Positions 1-9,190 of a stretch of 64,000 bases of DNA are shown here, in pieces. The stretch comes from an uncultured Flavobacteriales bacterium. GTDB taxonomy: Bacteria > Bacteroidota > Bacteroidia > Flavobacteriales_D > Sanyastnellaceae. A program made the translations under genes and the position numbers. A model generated the notes under the pieces. That model had not been told where the DNA came from, did no database searches, and was given only the letters and a program-made list of their open reading frames with translations. The DNA is taken from the NCBI GenBank assembly GCA_943788645.1, contig CALSRC010000013.1, positions 15,060-79,059 on the forward strand, given 5' to 3'. Each line of letters starts with the position of its first letter. Within the stretch, counting starts at the first letter, position 1.

Positions 1-303
1 GCCCAGGGATTGAATGAAAGAGGCATTCACTGGGTTAAAAATGAAGCTGAAGCCGATTTGATTCTGGAAATCACCGCCGACACCCGCGAGGCCGGATCGG
101 CCTCTGGATTTTTTACGGTGCTTCTCAACGCTTCGGCCATTCTTCACACACCAGACGGTCGTCCAGTTTTACAACAAAACCTTACCGACGTGAAGGGAGT
201 TCAACTCAATTGGGAAGCCGCTCACGACGCAGCCTATCGCAAAGCCCAATTGGAAATCCAAGGCGCTTTTTTGAAGAAAATGATTCAAGCACTGTACCAA
301 TGA
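1..303 (+). CDS. 3' end of a gene running off the window start; hypothetical protein, possibly LPP20-like
   Basis: The frame is open from base 1, with no stop before the TTG at 10, and stops at 301-303. It is on the same strand as the lipoprotein gene that follows. The family assignment is weak. Confidence 0.45.
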   Translation, partial: AQGLNERGIHWVKNEAEADLILEITADTREAGSASGFFTVLLNASAILHTPDGRPVLQQNLTDVKGVQLNWEAAHDAAYRKAQLEIQGAFLKKMIQALYQ

Positions 304-414
304 AACAATCCAATCCATCTTTCACCGAATTTTGGCACGCTAATTGAACTTTGGCTTGCAATGAATTACATTCAGCTCACATCCTGACGACCAATCATCC
401 AAACAGAACATACC

Positions 415-1002
415 ATGACCATGAATACACACCTCCACTCCTTTCTGCTCATCGCAGGAGCAGCAGCCATTGCACTCACAGGGTGCAAAGGAAAAAAAGA
501 AACCGCTTCCACTCCTGATTCTCGGGGTGAAGTTCGGATTGTAGAATATTGCTCTGGACCGGACTTCCTGACAAACGGCGACTATTTCCGTGCTTCGGCT
601 ACGGGTACGAGTCCGCAGCGTGAAATCGCAAAGAAAATAGCGCGTCAAAATGCAGAAGCGACGTTGGCCAGGGCTGTGGAAGCGACGGTTGAAATCGTAG
701 CCGAAAATCAAGCCACACAACTCGGCTTTGGAACCACGGAAGAAGCGACGAGTAAGTTCAACGAACTATCTCGGACCATTGTCAATAAAAAATTGACCGG
801 AGCCATTACCATTTGTCAAGAGCTGACCATGACCGACGAGAAAAAGTACATTGCCTATTTGGCCATTGAGCTCAGCGGCGGCGAATTGGCCAATGCTTAT
901 GTTGAAGGGCTGAAAAAAGAAGAGCGAATTCGCGCAGAGTACAATTACGATCAATTCAAAGACACTTTTGAAGAGGTCATGTCCAACTACCGCAATCAAT
1001 AA
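415..1002 (+). CDS. lipoprotein, LPP20-like (putative)
   Basis: ATG start and a signal peptide ending in the lipobox 'ALTGC'. A strong intrinsic terminator follows directly. Confidence 0.7.
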   Translation: MTMNTHLHSFLLIAGAAAIALTGCKGKKETASTPDSRGEVRIVEYCSGPDFLTNGDYFRASATGTSPQREIAKKIARQNAEATLARAVEATVEIVAENQATQLGFGTTEEATSKFNELSRTIVNKKLTGAITICQELTMTDEKKYIAYLAIELSGGELANAYVEGLKKEERIRAEYNYDQFKDTFEEVMSNYRNQ

Positions 1003-1037
1003 TCGGAAGCGATTGATTCACAGCGATTCTTCCAAAG

Positions 1038-1068
1038 CCCCACACCTTGCGGTGCTGGGGTTTTTTTT
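1038..1068 (+). terminator. rho-independent terminator after the lipoprotein gene
   Basis: The stem is cccca-cac / gtg-c-tgggg with loop cttgcg, followed by a run of 8 T (1061-1068). Confidence 0.75.
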
Positions 1069-1089
1069 ACCCTCTAAAACCCGCATTCG

Positions 1090-1734
1090 TTAACTTGACT
1101 CATCCGGTTCGGTCAACCAAATAGGAATGGCCGAGCGTTCGATGGGGTGAGCCTGACGAAAAACAGCAACGCCATCGAGCCAATTCTTCATCATCTGCTT
1201 TCCTTTGGGAGTCAAGACGGATTCAGGATGAAATTGCACGGCCTCCATGGGTAAATTTCGATGGGCCACGGCCATAGGCAATCCGTTGACATTGCGCGCC
1301 GTAATTTTCAAATTCGAAGGCAACTCAACCTCTTCGATAACCCAGCTGTGGTAATGTCCAACTTGCACCGGAGGCGTCAAACCCGATAGAATGCCAAAAG
1401 CACTCAATTCGGTCAGGGCGGTCGCCTGACCATGCAGCACGGTCTCCAAGTTTCGTAAAGTCCCACCAAAATGTTGAGCAATCGCCTGCATCCCAAGGCA
1501 AATACCCAAGGTCGGCACTTTGTGGGCTGCAGCAATCGGAATAATGCGCATGAGTTGACCTGCTGAATCGGGCAGCCCCGGTCCAGGTGACAAAATCAAG
1601 CCATCAAATTGAACTACGGCATGCGGATTGATGGCATCATTGCGCACAACATCAACTTGCGCTCCAGCACTGACAAGCATGTGCTGAATGTTCCAGGTAA
1701 AGGAATCGTAGTTATCTACCAGTAGAATGCGCAT
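1090..1734 (-). CDS. glutamine amidotransferase component II of anthranilate/aminodeoxychorismate synthase (TrpG/PabA type)
   Basis: Motifs 'MRILLVDNYDSFTWN', 'GICLGMQA' and 'VQFHPES' indicate a class I GATase. The track ORF (to 1935) carries a non-homologous 67-aa leader overlapping ridA, so the start was moved to ATG 1734. Confidence 0.85.
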   Translation of the reverse strand: MRILLVDNYDSFTWNIQHMLVSAGAQVDVVRNDAINPHAVVQFDGLILSPGPGLPDSAGQLMRIIPIAAAHKVPTLGICLGMQAIAQHFGGTLRNLETVLHGQATALTELSAFGILSGLTPPVQVGHYHSWVIEEVELPSNLKITARNVNGLPMAVAHRNLPMEAVQFHPESVLTPKGKQMMKNWLDGVAVFRQAHPIERSAIPIWLTEPDESS

Positions 1735-1784
1735 CTGCGGACATTGAAGTGCAAAGGTGGGAAATCCATCCGTAGTTTCGCACC

Positions 1785-2168
1785 ATGTCTGAGCACATTT
1801 CATCTTCCGACGCAGCAGCCCCAGTCGCTGCATACAGCCAAGCTGTTTCAGCAGGAGACTTGGTATTTGTAAGTGGCCAAATCCCCTTGAACCCGGACAG
1901 TGGCGAACTGATTGCCTCGTCCATTGAAGCCGCAACTCGTCAAAGCTTACAAAACGTTGAGCGCATACTCGTTGCAGCGGAATTGACGCTCGAACACATC
2001 GTAAAGGCTACGGTATTTTTGATAGACTCCGAGGACTATGCTGGCATGGACAGCACCTACCGGGAAATCATGCCCCAACCCTTTCCTGCTCGCGAAGCTG
2101 TTTTTGTTGCGGGTCTCCCAAAAGACGCTCGCGTAGAGATTTCCGTCATCGCCCACCAAAACCGATAA
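1785..2168 (+). CDS. ridA: RidA/YjgF family reactive-intermediate deaminase
   Basis: The sequence 'AAPVAAYSQAVSAGDLVFVSGQIPLNP' and the 127-aa size are typical of RidA. Confidence 0.85.
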   Translation: MSEHISSSDAAAPVAAYSQAVSAGDLVFVSGQIPLNPDSGELIASSIEAATRQSLQNVERILVAAELTLEHIVKATVFLIDSEDYAGMDSTYREIMPQPFPAREAVFVAGLPKDARVEISVIAHQNR

Positions 2169-2177
2169 TTCTAGGCC

Positions 2178-2342
2178 ATGTTCTTCAAGAAAATCCTGTA
2201 TTACATCAATCCCGCGAACTTATTTCATCGCGATCCAGAAGCTGGAGTCAGCCTCCGAATGATGCACGGCGTCAACAAGATTAGCTTTTTGATGTTCCTG
2301 GTGTGCTTGGTCGTGATGTTCATTCGGTGGTATACACGCTGA
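2178..2342 (+). CDS. small membrane protein (54 aa), resembles the Bacteroidota DUF6728 family
   Basis: Hand translation gives MFFKKILYYINPANLFHRDPEAGVSLRMMHGVNKISFLMFLVCLVVMFIRWYTR, with one C-terminal TM helix. It starts 10 nt after the ridA stop. It is below the 60-aa cutoff of the ORF track. Confidence 0.55.
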   Translation: MFFKKILYYINPANLFHRDPEAGVSLRMMHGVNKISFLMFLVCLVVMFIRWYTR

Positions 2343-2369
2343 ACTAGTGGCCGGAGCTAGGATTCGTGC

Positions 2370-4832
2370 CTAGAAAGGCAAATCACTGTCTCGGAATTCC
2401 AACTTCAAATCCTTGAGCATGGAAGCCTTAATGTTCAGCCGAACATAAAAGCTTTTCCGAATGCCGATGGGCACCCAATTGAAGGAGAGTTCCCAACAGT
2501 GCAGGTCCAAATAGAAATCCAATTGAGTGGGTGTCAATTTCCGCTCCACCAAGTCATAGCCCCCATTCACATCCACACGCCAGCGTTCTGCCAAACTTAT
2601 GGACCCACGGATGCGAGCCGATTGCGTCATGATCAGTGTATCCTGTTGACTTGCAGCAATCCAATTCTTCCGTAAATCGAGGTTGTAATCCACGCGGCAA
2701 TTCCAAGGGAATTGCGTGTCTTCTCCGCCCTTGAAATTACTGCCGAATGCCGCATTTGCCCTTGTCATTCGAAGCAATCCTTCACCGCGATCCTTCAAAA
2801 ATTCATTGACGCGCATTCCCAATGAATCTCGTGCATATGCGCTGTTGGTCATACCGACGTTGATGCGCATGCGATTAAATAAATCGGTGTTCGCCCGTGT
2901 TGTGATGTCACTCAGCCCAAGTGAATCCGCAATCAAATTGTAATTAGCCGATGTAGCGATGTTATCAATCAGTCGAACCTTCCTGACTTCTCCCGTCTCT
3001 CGATCCTGCACTTTCGCCTCGAGGTTTTGTGAAATACCTAAATTAACCGCTCCCGAGGCGCGAATATCCTGTGGCGCAAATCGGTTGAGGCTGTATGGAT
3101 TGAATTCCCATGAATCATCGTTGAGGCTCACCTCCTGTGTGCGCTGCCGCTCAGGGGTATAACTCAATCCTAAAGAAGGACTTATGACATGCCGGAGTGC
3201 TTGAACTCGCTTGTCTTTGCCCCGTTCGAATATTCCATACAAGCGTGTCGAGGCATTGGCAGACAATCGCCAATCCCGAGTGGATTGAAAACCCGGCAGC
3301 GTATCGCGTACCTGAACCACGCCTGCATCGGTCTCCTCGAGCGAGCCATTCAGCGACTCGAAGGCCCAAAATTCATTGTAATTAAATGAAGGTGTTAAGC
3401 TCACAAACCCCAAACGCAGCTGGCTGGAAGCGGATGCCGTGTGTTTGATGCCGTTTCGAAATGAAACTTGGTCCCAATCACCGGAGCGGAAAATGCTATC
3501 TGGCGCCTGCATCGTTTGTTCAAACCGAGTTGAGCCCGTGACGGCAATCTCATCGAGAAGCCGGGTGCCTGCCGATTGCAGTCCCAATAATTTGCTCAAA
3601 CTCGACCGTTGCAAGTTGAATGTCAAAGCGGGAAGCGTCAGATCGACATTGCCTGTCTGAGAGTTTTGAGAATGACGCGCGCTCATCGCCAGATTGAATG
3701 GCTTACCCGGAAACGACCTCGAATATTGCACACTCGATTGAAATGTATTGGTCAAAAAGTCTTGCTGCGTAGCGCCAAGGTTAGACTGAAAGTGGTCGCT
3801 AGAACCAAAATTCACGCTGGTGTTGAAGCGGCTGTTGGGCTTGGCACGGTTATCTTGATTGTGCGTCCACCGCACGAAAAACTGACTCTGCTTGCTGAGA
3901 CTGGGCAACCCCGCGAAACCAAATCGCTGGCGCTGATAACTGAGATTCAGGTTGCCGCTCGCCCAATACCGGACTTTGTAATTGGTACTGCTACGAATCG
4001 CCCAGGACCCTCCCGTGTAGATGTCTCCGGTGAGCCGGGTGTCTGCATATTCACCAAGCGGCATGTAATACCCCAAATCTTTCAGGAAAAACCCAAGGCT
4101 ACCTCCATTCCCGTAACCGGGCATCAGCAGACCATGGCTGCGTTTTTCAGGTGCCGTTGGAAACCAACCAAAAGGCAAAGCGAGGGGAGTTGGGATTTTT
4201 CTGAATTTGAGGTAGAAAGGACCTGAAATTACTTTTTCTCCCGGAATCATAATGGCTCGCTTCAGGTGAAAATGAAAGTGGGGGTTCTCTGCATCGCATG
4301 TGGTAAACTTGGCATTGGCCACATGAATCTTTTCGTTTGATTGCCGCTTTGCCACTTCGGCATGAAACACCGCTTCGCCTTGCACGGTAACCGCTTGCCG
4401 ACTCAATCCCCTGCGAGATTTCAGATCAAAGCACAGTTCGTCTTGATCAAAGGTTTGCCCACCTTGTGTAAGAACAGGCCGGCCGATCCAGGCCCCGGCG
4501 GAATCCCGACGCCCATAGGCACACGCCTGGTTGGTCGAAGCTGTGTAGATGATTCGATCCGCTTCCAGCCGGATGTCATCAAGGGCGACAAACGCCTGCC
4601 CAAACAGTTCTACTTGAGACGAATCCACATTCAAATGAGTGGAATCAGACGCCCCCCATTTCACTTCAAATGATGCTTGTGAAGGCGCGGCAACGGAGTC
4701 CTGCACTGCCTCTTCGACTGGAGTTTGCCCCATCGCAAAAAGCGGGGTGATTATCCACATACCGACACGGAAAATCCCCTGCAGACAGACGATGCAAAGA
4801 CCCGACGACGTTTTAGATTTGAACTTACCCAT
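2370..4832 (-). CDS. lptD: LptD-like outer-membrane LPS-assembly protein (Bacteroidota type)
   Basis: Large beta-rich protein with 'KFTTCDAENPHFHF' and an OstA-like N-terminal region. Start chosen at 'MGKFKSKTSS...' (ATG 4832), because the longer track ORF overlaps the divergent amidase gene. Confidence 0.7.
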   Translation of the reverse strand: MGKFKSKTSSGLCIVCLQGIFRVGMWIITPLFAMGQTPVEEAVQDSVAAPSQASFEVKWGASDSTHLNVDSSQVELFGQAFVALDDIRLEADRIIYTASTNQACAYGRRDSAGAWIGRPVLTQGGQTFDQDELCFDLKSRRGLSRQAVTVQGEAVFHAEVAKRQSNEKIHVANAKFTTCDAENPHFHFHLKRAIMIPGEKVISGPFYLKFRKIPTPLALPFGWFPTAPEKRSHGLLMPGYGNGGSLGFFLKDLGYYMPLGEYADTRLTGDIYTGGSWAIRSSTNYKVRYWASGNLNLSYQRQRFGFAGLPSLSKQSQFFVRWTHNQDNRAKPNSRFNTSVNFGSSDHFQSNLGATQQDFLTNTFQSSVQYSRSFPGKPFNLAMSARHSQNSQTGNVDLTLPALTFNLQRSSLSKLLGLQSAGTRLLDEIAVTGSTRFEQTMQAPDSIFRSGDWDQVSFRNGIKHTASASSQLRLGFVSLTPSFNYNEFWAFESLNGSLEETDAGVVQVRDTLPGFQSTRDWRLSANASTRLYGIFERGKDKRVQALRHVISPSLGLSYTPERQRTQEVSLNDDSWEFNPYSLNRFAPQDIRASGAVNLGISQNLEAKVQDRETGEVRKVRLIDNIATSANYNLIADSLGLSDITTRANTDLFNRMRINVGMTNSAYARDSLGMRVNEFLKDRGEGLLRMTRANAAFGSNFKGGEDTQFPWNCRVDYNLDLRKNWIAASQQDTLIMTQSARIRGSISLAERWRVDVNGGYDLVERKLTPTQLDFYLDLHCWELSFNWVPIGIRKSFYVRLNIKASMLKDLKLEFRDSDLPF

Positions 4833-5979
4833 GAACCGGCAAACAAAACTAACGAAACAGGCGGTGCTATGCGCCATGACAGCAATGATAATGCTGTCCG
4901 TTTCCTTTGCGCCCCTTCCTCCAACGATGGTATTGGTGATCGATGCCGGGCACGGAGGCTCTGACCCAGGCAACCTCGGCACTGGACGGTATGGAGAAAC
5001 TGAAAAAGAGGTCACCTTAGATGTGGCGTTGCTGCTGCGCAATTACATCACAGAACGATTTCCCGATGTGAAAATTGTCATGACCCGAACGGGTGACTCT
5101 TATCCGTCTTTGCAGAAACGCGTGGCCATTGCAAATGACGTCCAAGCTGACCTCTTCATGAGCATTCATTGCGATGCTTTTACAAATCCTCAGGCTAGCG
5201 GTTCCAGTACATTCGTGATGGGTATGCATAAATCAGAAGAAAGCCTCCGAGTGGCGATGCAAGAAAACGCATCCATCTTTCGGGAGGATGATTACAAAAT
5301 GCGATACGCCGGTTTCGACCCGGATGATCCAGACACGTACATCGCACTCGCTTTGAAACAATCGGTTTTCGTCAATAAAAGTTTGGAACTGGGCAGCCTC
5401 ATTCAAAGCCAATTCCAATCCCGAGTTGGCAGAAAAGACCGGGGAGTTCGACAAGCGGGCTATTACGTCATCAGTTTCACACAAATGCCTTCTGTACTGG
5501 TCGAACTGGGGTTTTTAACCAATCCATCTGAAGAGGATTTTTTGAATTCAAACAGTGGCAAGGAACTCATGGCCTCCGCTTTACTTCGCGCATTCAGAAC
5601 CTACAAGGAAAAGTATCATCCCGGCCCCGAGGAGCGTCTGCCTCAGACCACGGAAAGCCCCTTACCGAATTCTCCCGCACCCACAGAGGCATCGGAGCCC
5701 CGCGATTCCACGCATGAATCTCCCACCTTTCGCGTACAAATATTGGCATCCCAAGATCCCTTATCCACAGCTGATTCACGGCTTGAAGGCCTCACGCCTG
5801 TCGTGGAGTATCTTCGTAACGGTCTTTACAAATATGCGGTGGGGTCATTCTCCAATTCTGTCCAAGCCAGCGTCTACAAATCCCAACTACAAAAGAAAGG
5901 GTATCCAGACGCCTTCGTTGTTAAATTCGAAGGGACAACTTGGGAAGAACAAGGAGTCAAACCCCTCCGTAAAAACTGA
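4831..5979 (+). CDS. N-acetylmuramoyl-L-alanine amidase with C-terminal SPOR domain
   Basis: 'VIDAGHGGSDPG' is the Amidase_3 motif. The C-terminal 'FRVQILASQD...YKYAVGSF...' is SPOR-like. Start chosen at 'MNRQTKLTKQ...' followed by a TM segment. Confidence 0.8.
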   Translation: MNRQTKLTKQAVLCAMTAMIMLSVSFAPLPPTMVLVIDAGHGGSDPGNLGTGRYGETEKEVTLDVALLLRNYITERFPDVKIVMTRTGDSYPSLQKRVAIANDVQADLFMSIHCDAFTNPQASGSSTFVMGMHKSEESLRVAMQENASIFREDDYKMRYAGFDPDDPDTYIALALKQSVFVNKSLELGSLIQSQFQSRVGRKDRGVRQAGYYVISFTQMPSVLVELGFLTNPSEEDFLNSNSGKELMASALLRAFRTYKEKYHPGPEERLPQTTESPLPNSPAPTEASEPRDSTHESPTFRVQILASQDPLSTADSRLEGLTPVVEYLRNGLYKYAVGSFSNSVQASVYKSQLQKKGYPDAFVVKFEGTTWEEQGVKPLRKN

Positions 5980-5984
5980 TTCAC

Positions 5985-7034
5985 GTGGCACAAGTCTCGA
6001 AAGAATTTCGCATTGGAGCATTGGTCTTAGCAGGACTCATCCTACTTGTCCTTGGTGTCAATTACCTCAAAGGCTTCAATCCTTTCGCGGCGTCCAATAC
6101 CTACTATGCGCATTACGAGAAAATCGATGGTTTAGCTGTTTCAAACCCTGTGCTCGTCAATGGCTTCAAGGTCGGCCAGGTAACTCAGGTGAAATTCTCT
6201 GAATCGGGGGATGGATCGCTCCTGGTCAGCTTTGATATTGAAGAATCTGCTTTGCAGTTGAACCGAGATTCCAAGGCCAAAATCACCTCAAGTGACCTAT
6301 TCGGGACCAAAGCCATCGACCTGATCTATGGAACGAGTGACGAATTGGCTGCTCCGGGTGACACCTTGTTGAGTGATCTCGAGGTCGGCATCGCCGAAGC
6401 GGTAAGAATTGAATTGACGCCGCTCAAGAACAAGACAGACCAACTGATTGACGGGGTAGATGACATTCTTGAAAACCTCAAGTCCGTTTTTGAAGCCGAT
6501 GCTACCTTGGGATTGCCCACGGCCTTTGAGAGCATTCAACGCACCGTCGAAAGCTTGGAGCAAACCTCGTTGAAACTCGACGCGATGGTAGCCGAAAACC
6601 GATCAACATTGAATAGCATATTCAAGAACGTGGACGGCATTACGACCAACTTGAAGAACCACAATGACGACCTGTCCAATGTGATGGAAAATTTCTCGGA
6701 AATATCAGACTCTTTGGCTGCCGTGAATTTCGCCGAAACCATTCACCGGGCAAACTCAGCATTGACACAGGTCGATGAAATTACCCGCAAAATCAACAAC
6801 GGTGAAGGTTCACTGGGGCAATTGGTCAACAGCGATTCATTGCACAATGGGTTGGTCGCTACAAACCTCGAGCTGCAGTACCTAATCAATGACCTCTATT
6901 TGAATCCCTGGCGGTATGTCAGGGTATCGGTCTTTGGTAAAAAACAAGAAAAGTCGTTATCCAACAAAGAGCTCAAGAAATTGCGTGAAATCATTGACGA
7001 AGAACTCGACAAACGGTCTTCTGACGATTCCTGA
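5985..7034 (+). CDS. MlaD/MCE family protein
   Basis: N-terminal anchor 'IGALVLAGLILLVLGVNYLKG' followed by an MCE-like domain and a coiled C-terminal region. GTG start per the ORF track. Confidence 0.75.
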   Translation: MAQVSKEFRIGALVLAGLILLVLGVNYLKGFNPFAASNTYYAHYEKIDGLAVSNPVLVNGFKVGQVTQVKFSESGDGSLLVSFDIEESALQLNRDSKAKITSSDLFGTKAIDLIYGTSDELAAPGDTLLSDLEVGIAEAVRIELTPLKNKTDQLIDGVDDILENLKSVFEADATLGLPTAFESIQRTVESLEQTSLKLDAMVAENRSTLNSIFKNVDGITTNLKNHNDDLSNVMENFSEISDSLAAVNFAETIHRANSALTQVDEITRKINNGEGSLGQLVNSDSLHNGLVATNLELQYLINDLYLNPWRYVRVSVFGKKQEKSLSNKELKKLREIIDEELDKRSSDDS

Positions 7035-7045
7035 ACCTTGTTTAA

Positions 7046-8365
7046 ATGATCAGTCAACTCCTGTTCCTTCTTCTACTCAGTACGGGCATCTTCTTTTTTG
7101 CCCGGCGCATCGGAGTCATCCGGCGAAACATCCAATCAGGTCGTGATTGGGATGGGTCCGATCGCAAAGCAGAACGATGGGCCACAATGGCCCGCGTGGC
7201 GCTGGGGCAAGGCAAAATGACCGCACGTCCCGTAGCTGGGGTCATGCACATTTTGATCTACGTGGGGTTTGTCATCATCAACATTGAAATCCTCGAAATC
7301 CTGATCGATGGGCTGTTTGGAACGCATCGCATCTTTTCCTTTCTCGGACCTCTGTACGATTTCCTCATCGCATCTTTTGAATGGCTCGCCTTGGGTGTCA
7401 TCGTCGCCTGTGTGGTCTTTTTTGTTCGCAGAAACGGCCTTGCCCTGGCACGTCTCACCTCAAAAGAATTAAAAGGCTGGCCTTCGCTCGACGCCAACAT
7501 CATTTTGGTGGTGGAAGTACTTCTGATGTTCGCATTCTTGAGCATGAACGCAACGGATTCCATTGCACAGAGTCGTGGACTCGATCATTACGTGCCTGCG
7601 GGAACATTTCCAATCAGTTCCTTTTTGATTCCTCTGTATTCGGGATTATCTGATGCAGGGGTGATGGCCATGGAACAGGGCATGTGGTGGTTCCACATTG
7701 CGGGTGTGCTCGCATTCTTGGTCTATGTCCCTTATTCCAAGCACTTTCACATCATTTTAGCCTTCCCCAACACCTACTTCTCCAGCTTGAATCCCATAGG
7801 TCAGATGGATAATATGGCAGCGGTCAAAAAAGAAGTGGACCTCATGATGGATCCTCAGGCCGATCCTTACGCGTCAGCTCCAGCGACCGATGGGCCACCG
7901 GCACGGTTTGGCGTCAAAGATGCTCCGGACTTAACGTGGAAACAGCTACTCGAATCATACACTTGCACAGAGTGCGGCCGATGCACCTCAGAATGCCCGG
8001 CTAACCAAACCGGAAAACTCCTCAGCCCTCGCAAGATTATGATGTCGACGCGGGACCGAATCGAAGAAATTGGACAGTCGCGCGAAGCCAACGGCGGGGA
8101 ATGGAAGCCCGATGGGAAATCATTGCTTGGCGATTGGATTACTGAAGAGGAACTTTGGGCCTGCACCAGCTGCCAGGCTTGCGTCGAAGCATGCCCCATC
8201 AACATCTCCCCGATGGGCATAATTTTGGACATGCGCCGCAGCCTGATCATGGAAGACAGCAAATCGCCCGAATCGATTACCACCATGTTCAACAACATCG
8301 AAAACAATGGCGCACCGTGGGCGTTTCCCGCAGGAAGCCGAGGTGATTGGACCCAAGAAGTATAA
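7046..8365 (+). CDS. membrane-anchored (Fe-S)-binding protein, HdrD/DsrK-like ferredoxin module
   Basis: Several N-terminal TM helices, then two 4Fe-4S motifs, 'CTECGRCTSECP' and 'CTSCQACVEACP'. Confidence 0.8.
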   Translation: MISQLLFLLLLSTGIFFFARRIGVIRRNIQSGRDWDGSDRKAERWATMARVALGQGKMTARPVAGVMHILIYVGFVIINIEILEILIDGLFGTHRIFSFLGPLYDFLIASFEWLALGVIVACVVFFVRRNGLALARLTSKELKGWPSLDANIILVVEVLLMFAFLSMNATDSIAQSRGLDHYVPAGTFPISSFLIPLYSGLSDAGVMAMEQGMWWFHIAGVLAFLVYVPYSKHFHIILAFPNTYFSSLNPIGQMDNMAAVKKEVDLMMDPQADPYASAPATDGPPARFGVKDAPDLTWKQLLESYTCTECGRCTSECPANQTGKLLSPRKIMMSTRDRIEEIGQSREANGGEWKPDGKSLLGDWITEEELWACTSCQACVEACPINISPMGIILDMRRSLIMEDSKSPESITTMFNNIENNGAPWAFPAGSRGDWTQEV

Positions 8366-8372
8366 CCACACC

Positions 8373-9182
8373 ATGAGCTCATTTCACATCCCTACCATGG
8401 CCGAAATGACGGCTGCAGGAAAAGCACCCGAGGTACTATTTTGGGTCGGTTGTGCCGGAAGCTTTGACGACCGCGCGAAGCGCATCACCAAAGCCATAGC
8501 CCGCATTCTAAATGCTGCTGAAACGTCCTTCGCTGTGCTTGGACAGGAGGAGTCATGCACGGGTGATCCCGCCAAGCGCGCAGGCAACGAGTTCTTGTAC
8601 CAAATGCAAGCAGCGCAAAACATAGCCACCTTAAACGGCTATGGAATCAAGCGAATCATTACCGGTTGCCCGCATTGCTTCAATATGCTCAAGAACGAAT
8701 ACCCCGAATTGGGCGGCCAATATGACGTCTTGCACCATACACAGTTCATTCGGGAGCTGATTGAAACAGGCAAATTGCGCATGTCAGGTGACCAGCCGTT
8801 CAAGGGTCGCAGGATTACTTTTCATGACCCCTGTTACCTCGGACGAGCCAATGGAGAATACCTCGCGCCTCGAGAGGTCATCTCGAAACTCGACGCCGAA
8901 CTCATGGAGATGCGACGTTGCAAACAAAATGCCATGTGCTGCGGCGCAGGCGGAGCGCAAATGTTCAAAGAGGCCGAGCCTGGTGAGCGTGAAGTCAACC
9001 ACGCACGAACGGATGAGGCCTTGGAAACCCAACCCGAGGTCATTGCGACCGGTTGCCCATTTTGCAATACCATGATGACCGATGGCGTGAAAAATGCCAA
9101 CCAAGAGTCCAACGTAGAAGTCAAAGACATCGCAGAATTAATTGCTGAAGCAGCCGATCTGCTCGAAACACCTGCATCATAA
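8373..9182 (+). CDS. (Fe-S)-binding protein with two cysteine-rich CCG domains
   Basis: Motifs 'GCPHCFNMLK', 'AMCCGAGG' and 'GCPFCNTMM'. ATG at 8373 lies 8 nt after the upstream stop. Confidence 0.8.
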   Translation: MSSFHIPTMAEMTAAGKAPEVLFWVGCAGSFDDRAKRITKAIARILNAAETSFAVLGQEESCTGDPAKRAGNEFLYQMQAAQNIATLNGYGIKRIITGCPHCFNMLKNEYPELGGQYDVLHHTQFIRELIETGKLRMSGDQPFKGRRITFHDPCYLGRANGEYLAPREVISKLDAELMEMRRCKQNAMCCGAGGAQMFKEAEPGEREVNHARTDEALETQPEVIATGCPFCNTMMTDGVKNANQESNVEVKDIAELIAEAADLLETPAS

Positions 9183-9190
9183 TCATCCCA

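Noticed and set aside
3609-4226. 205-aa plus-strand ORF inside the lptD-like gene
   Set aside because: It is antisense to a well-supported 820-aa gene. Its product is Arg/Pro-rich and low in complexity, which is typical of shadow ORFs at this GC content.
4833-5042. 70-aa N-terminal extension of the lptD-like track ORF
   Set aside because: The extension lacks signal-peptide character and runs through the start of the divergent amidase gene. The internal Met at 4832 gives a plausible signal sequence.
5555-6202. 215-aa alternate-frame ORF spanning the amidase 3' end and the mlaD 5' end
   Set aside because: It overlaps two recognisable genes in another frame, and its Pro/Arg/Ser-rich product has no family resemblance.
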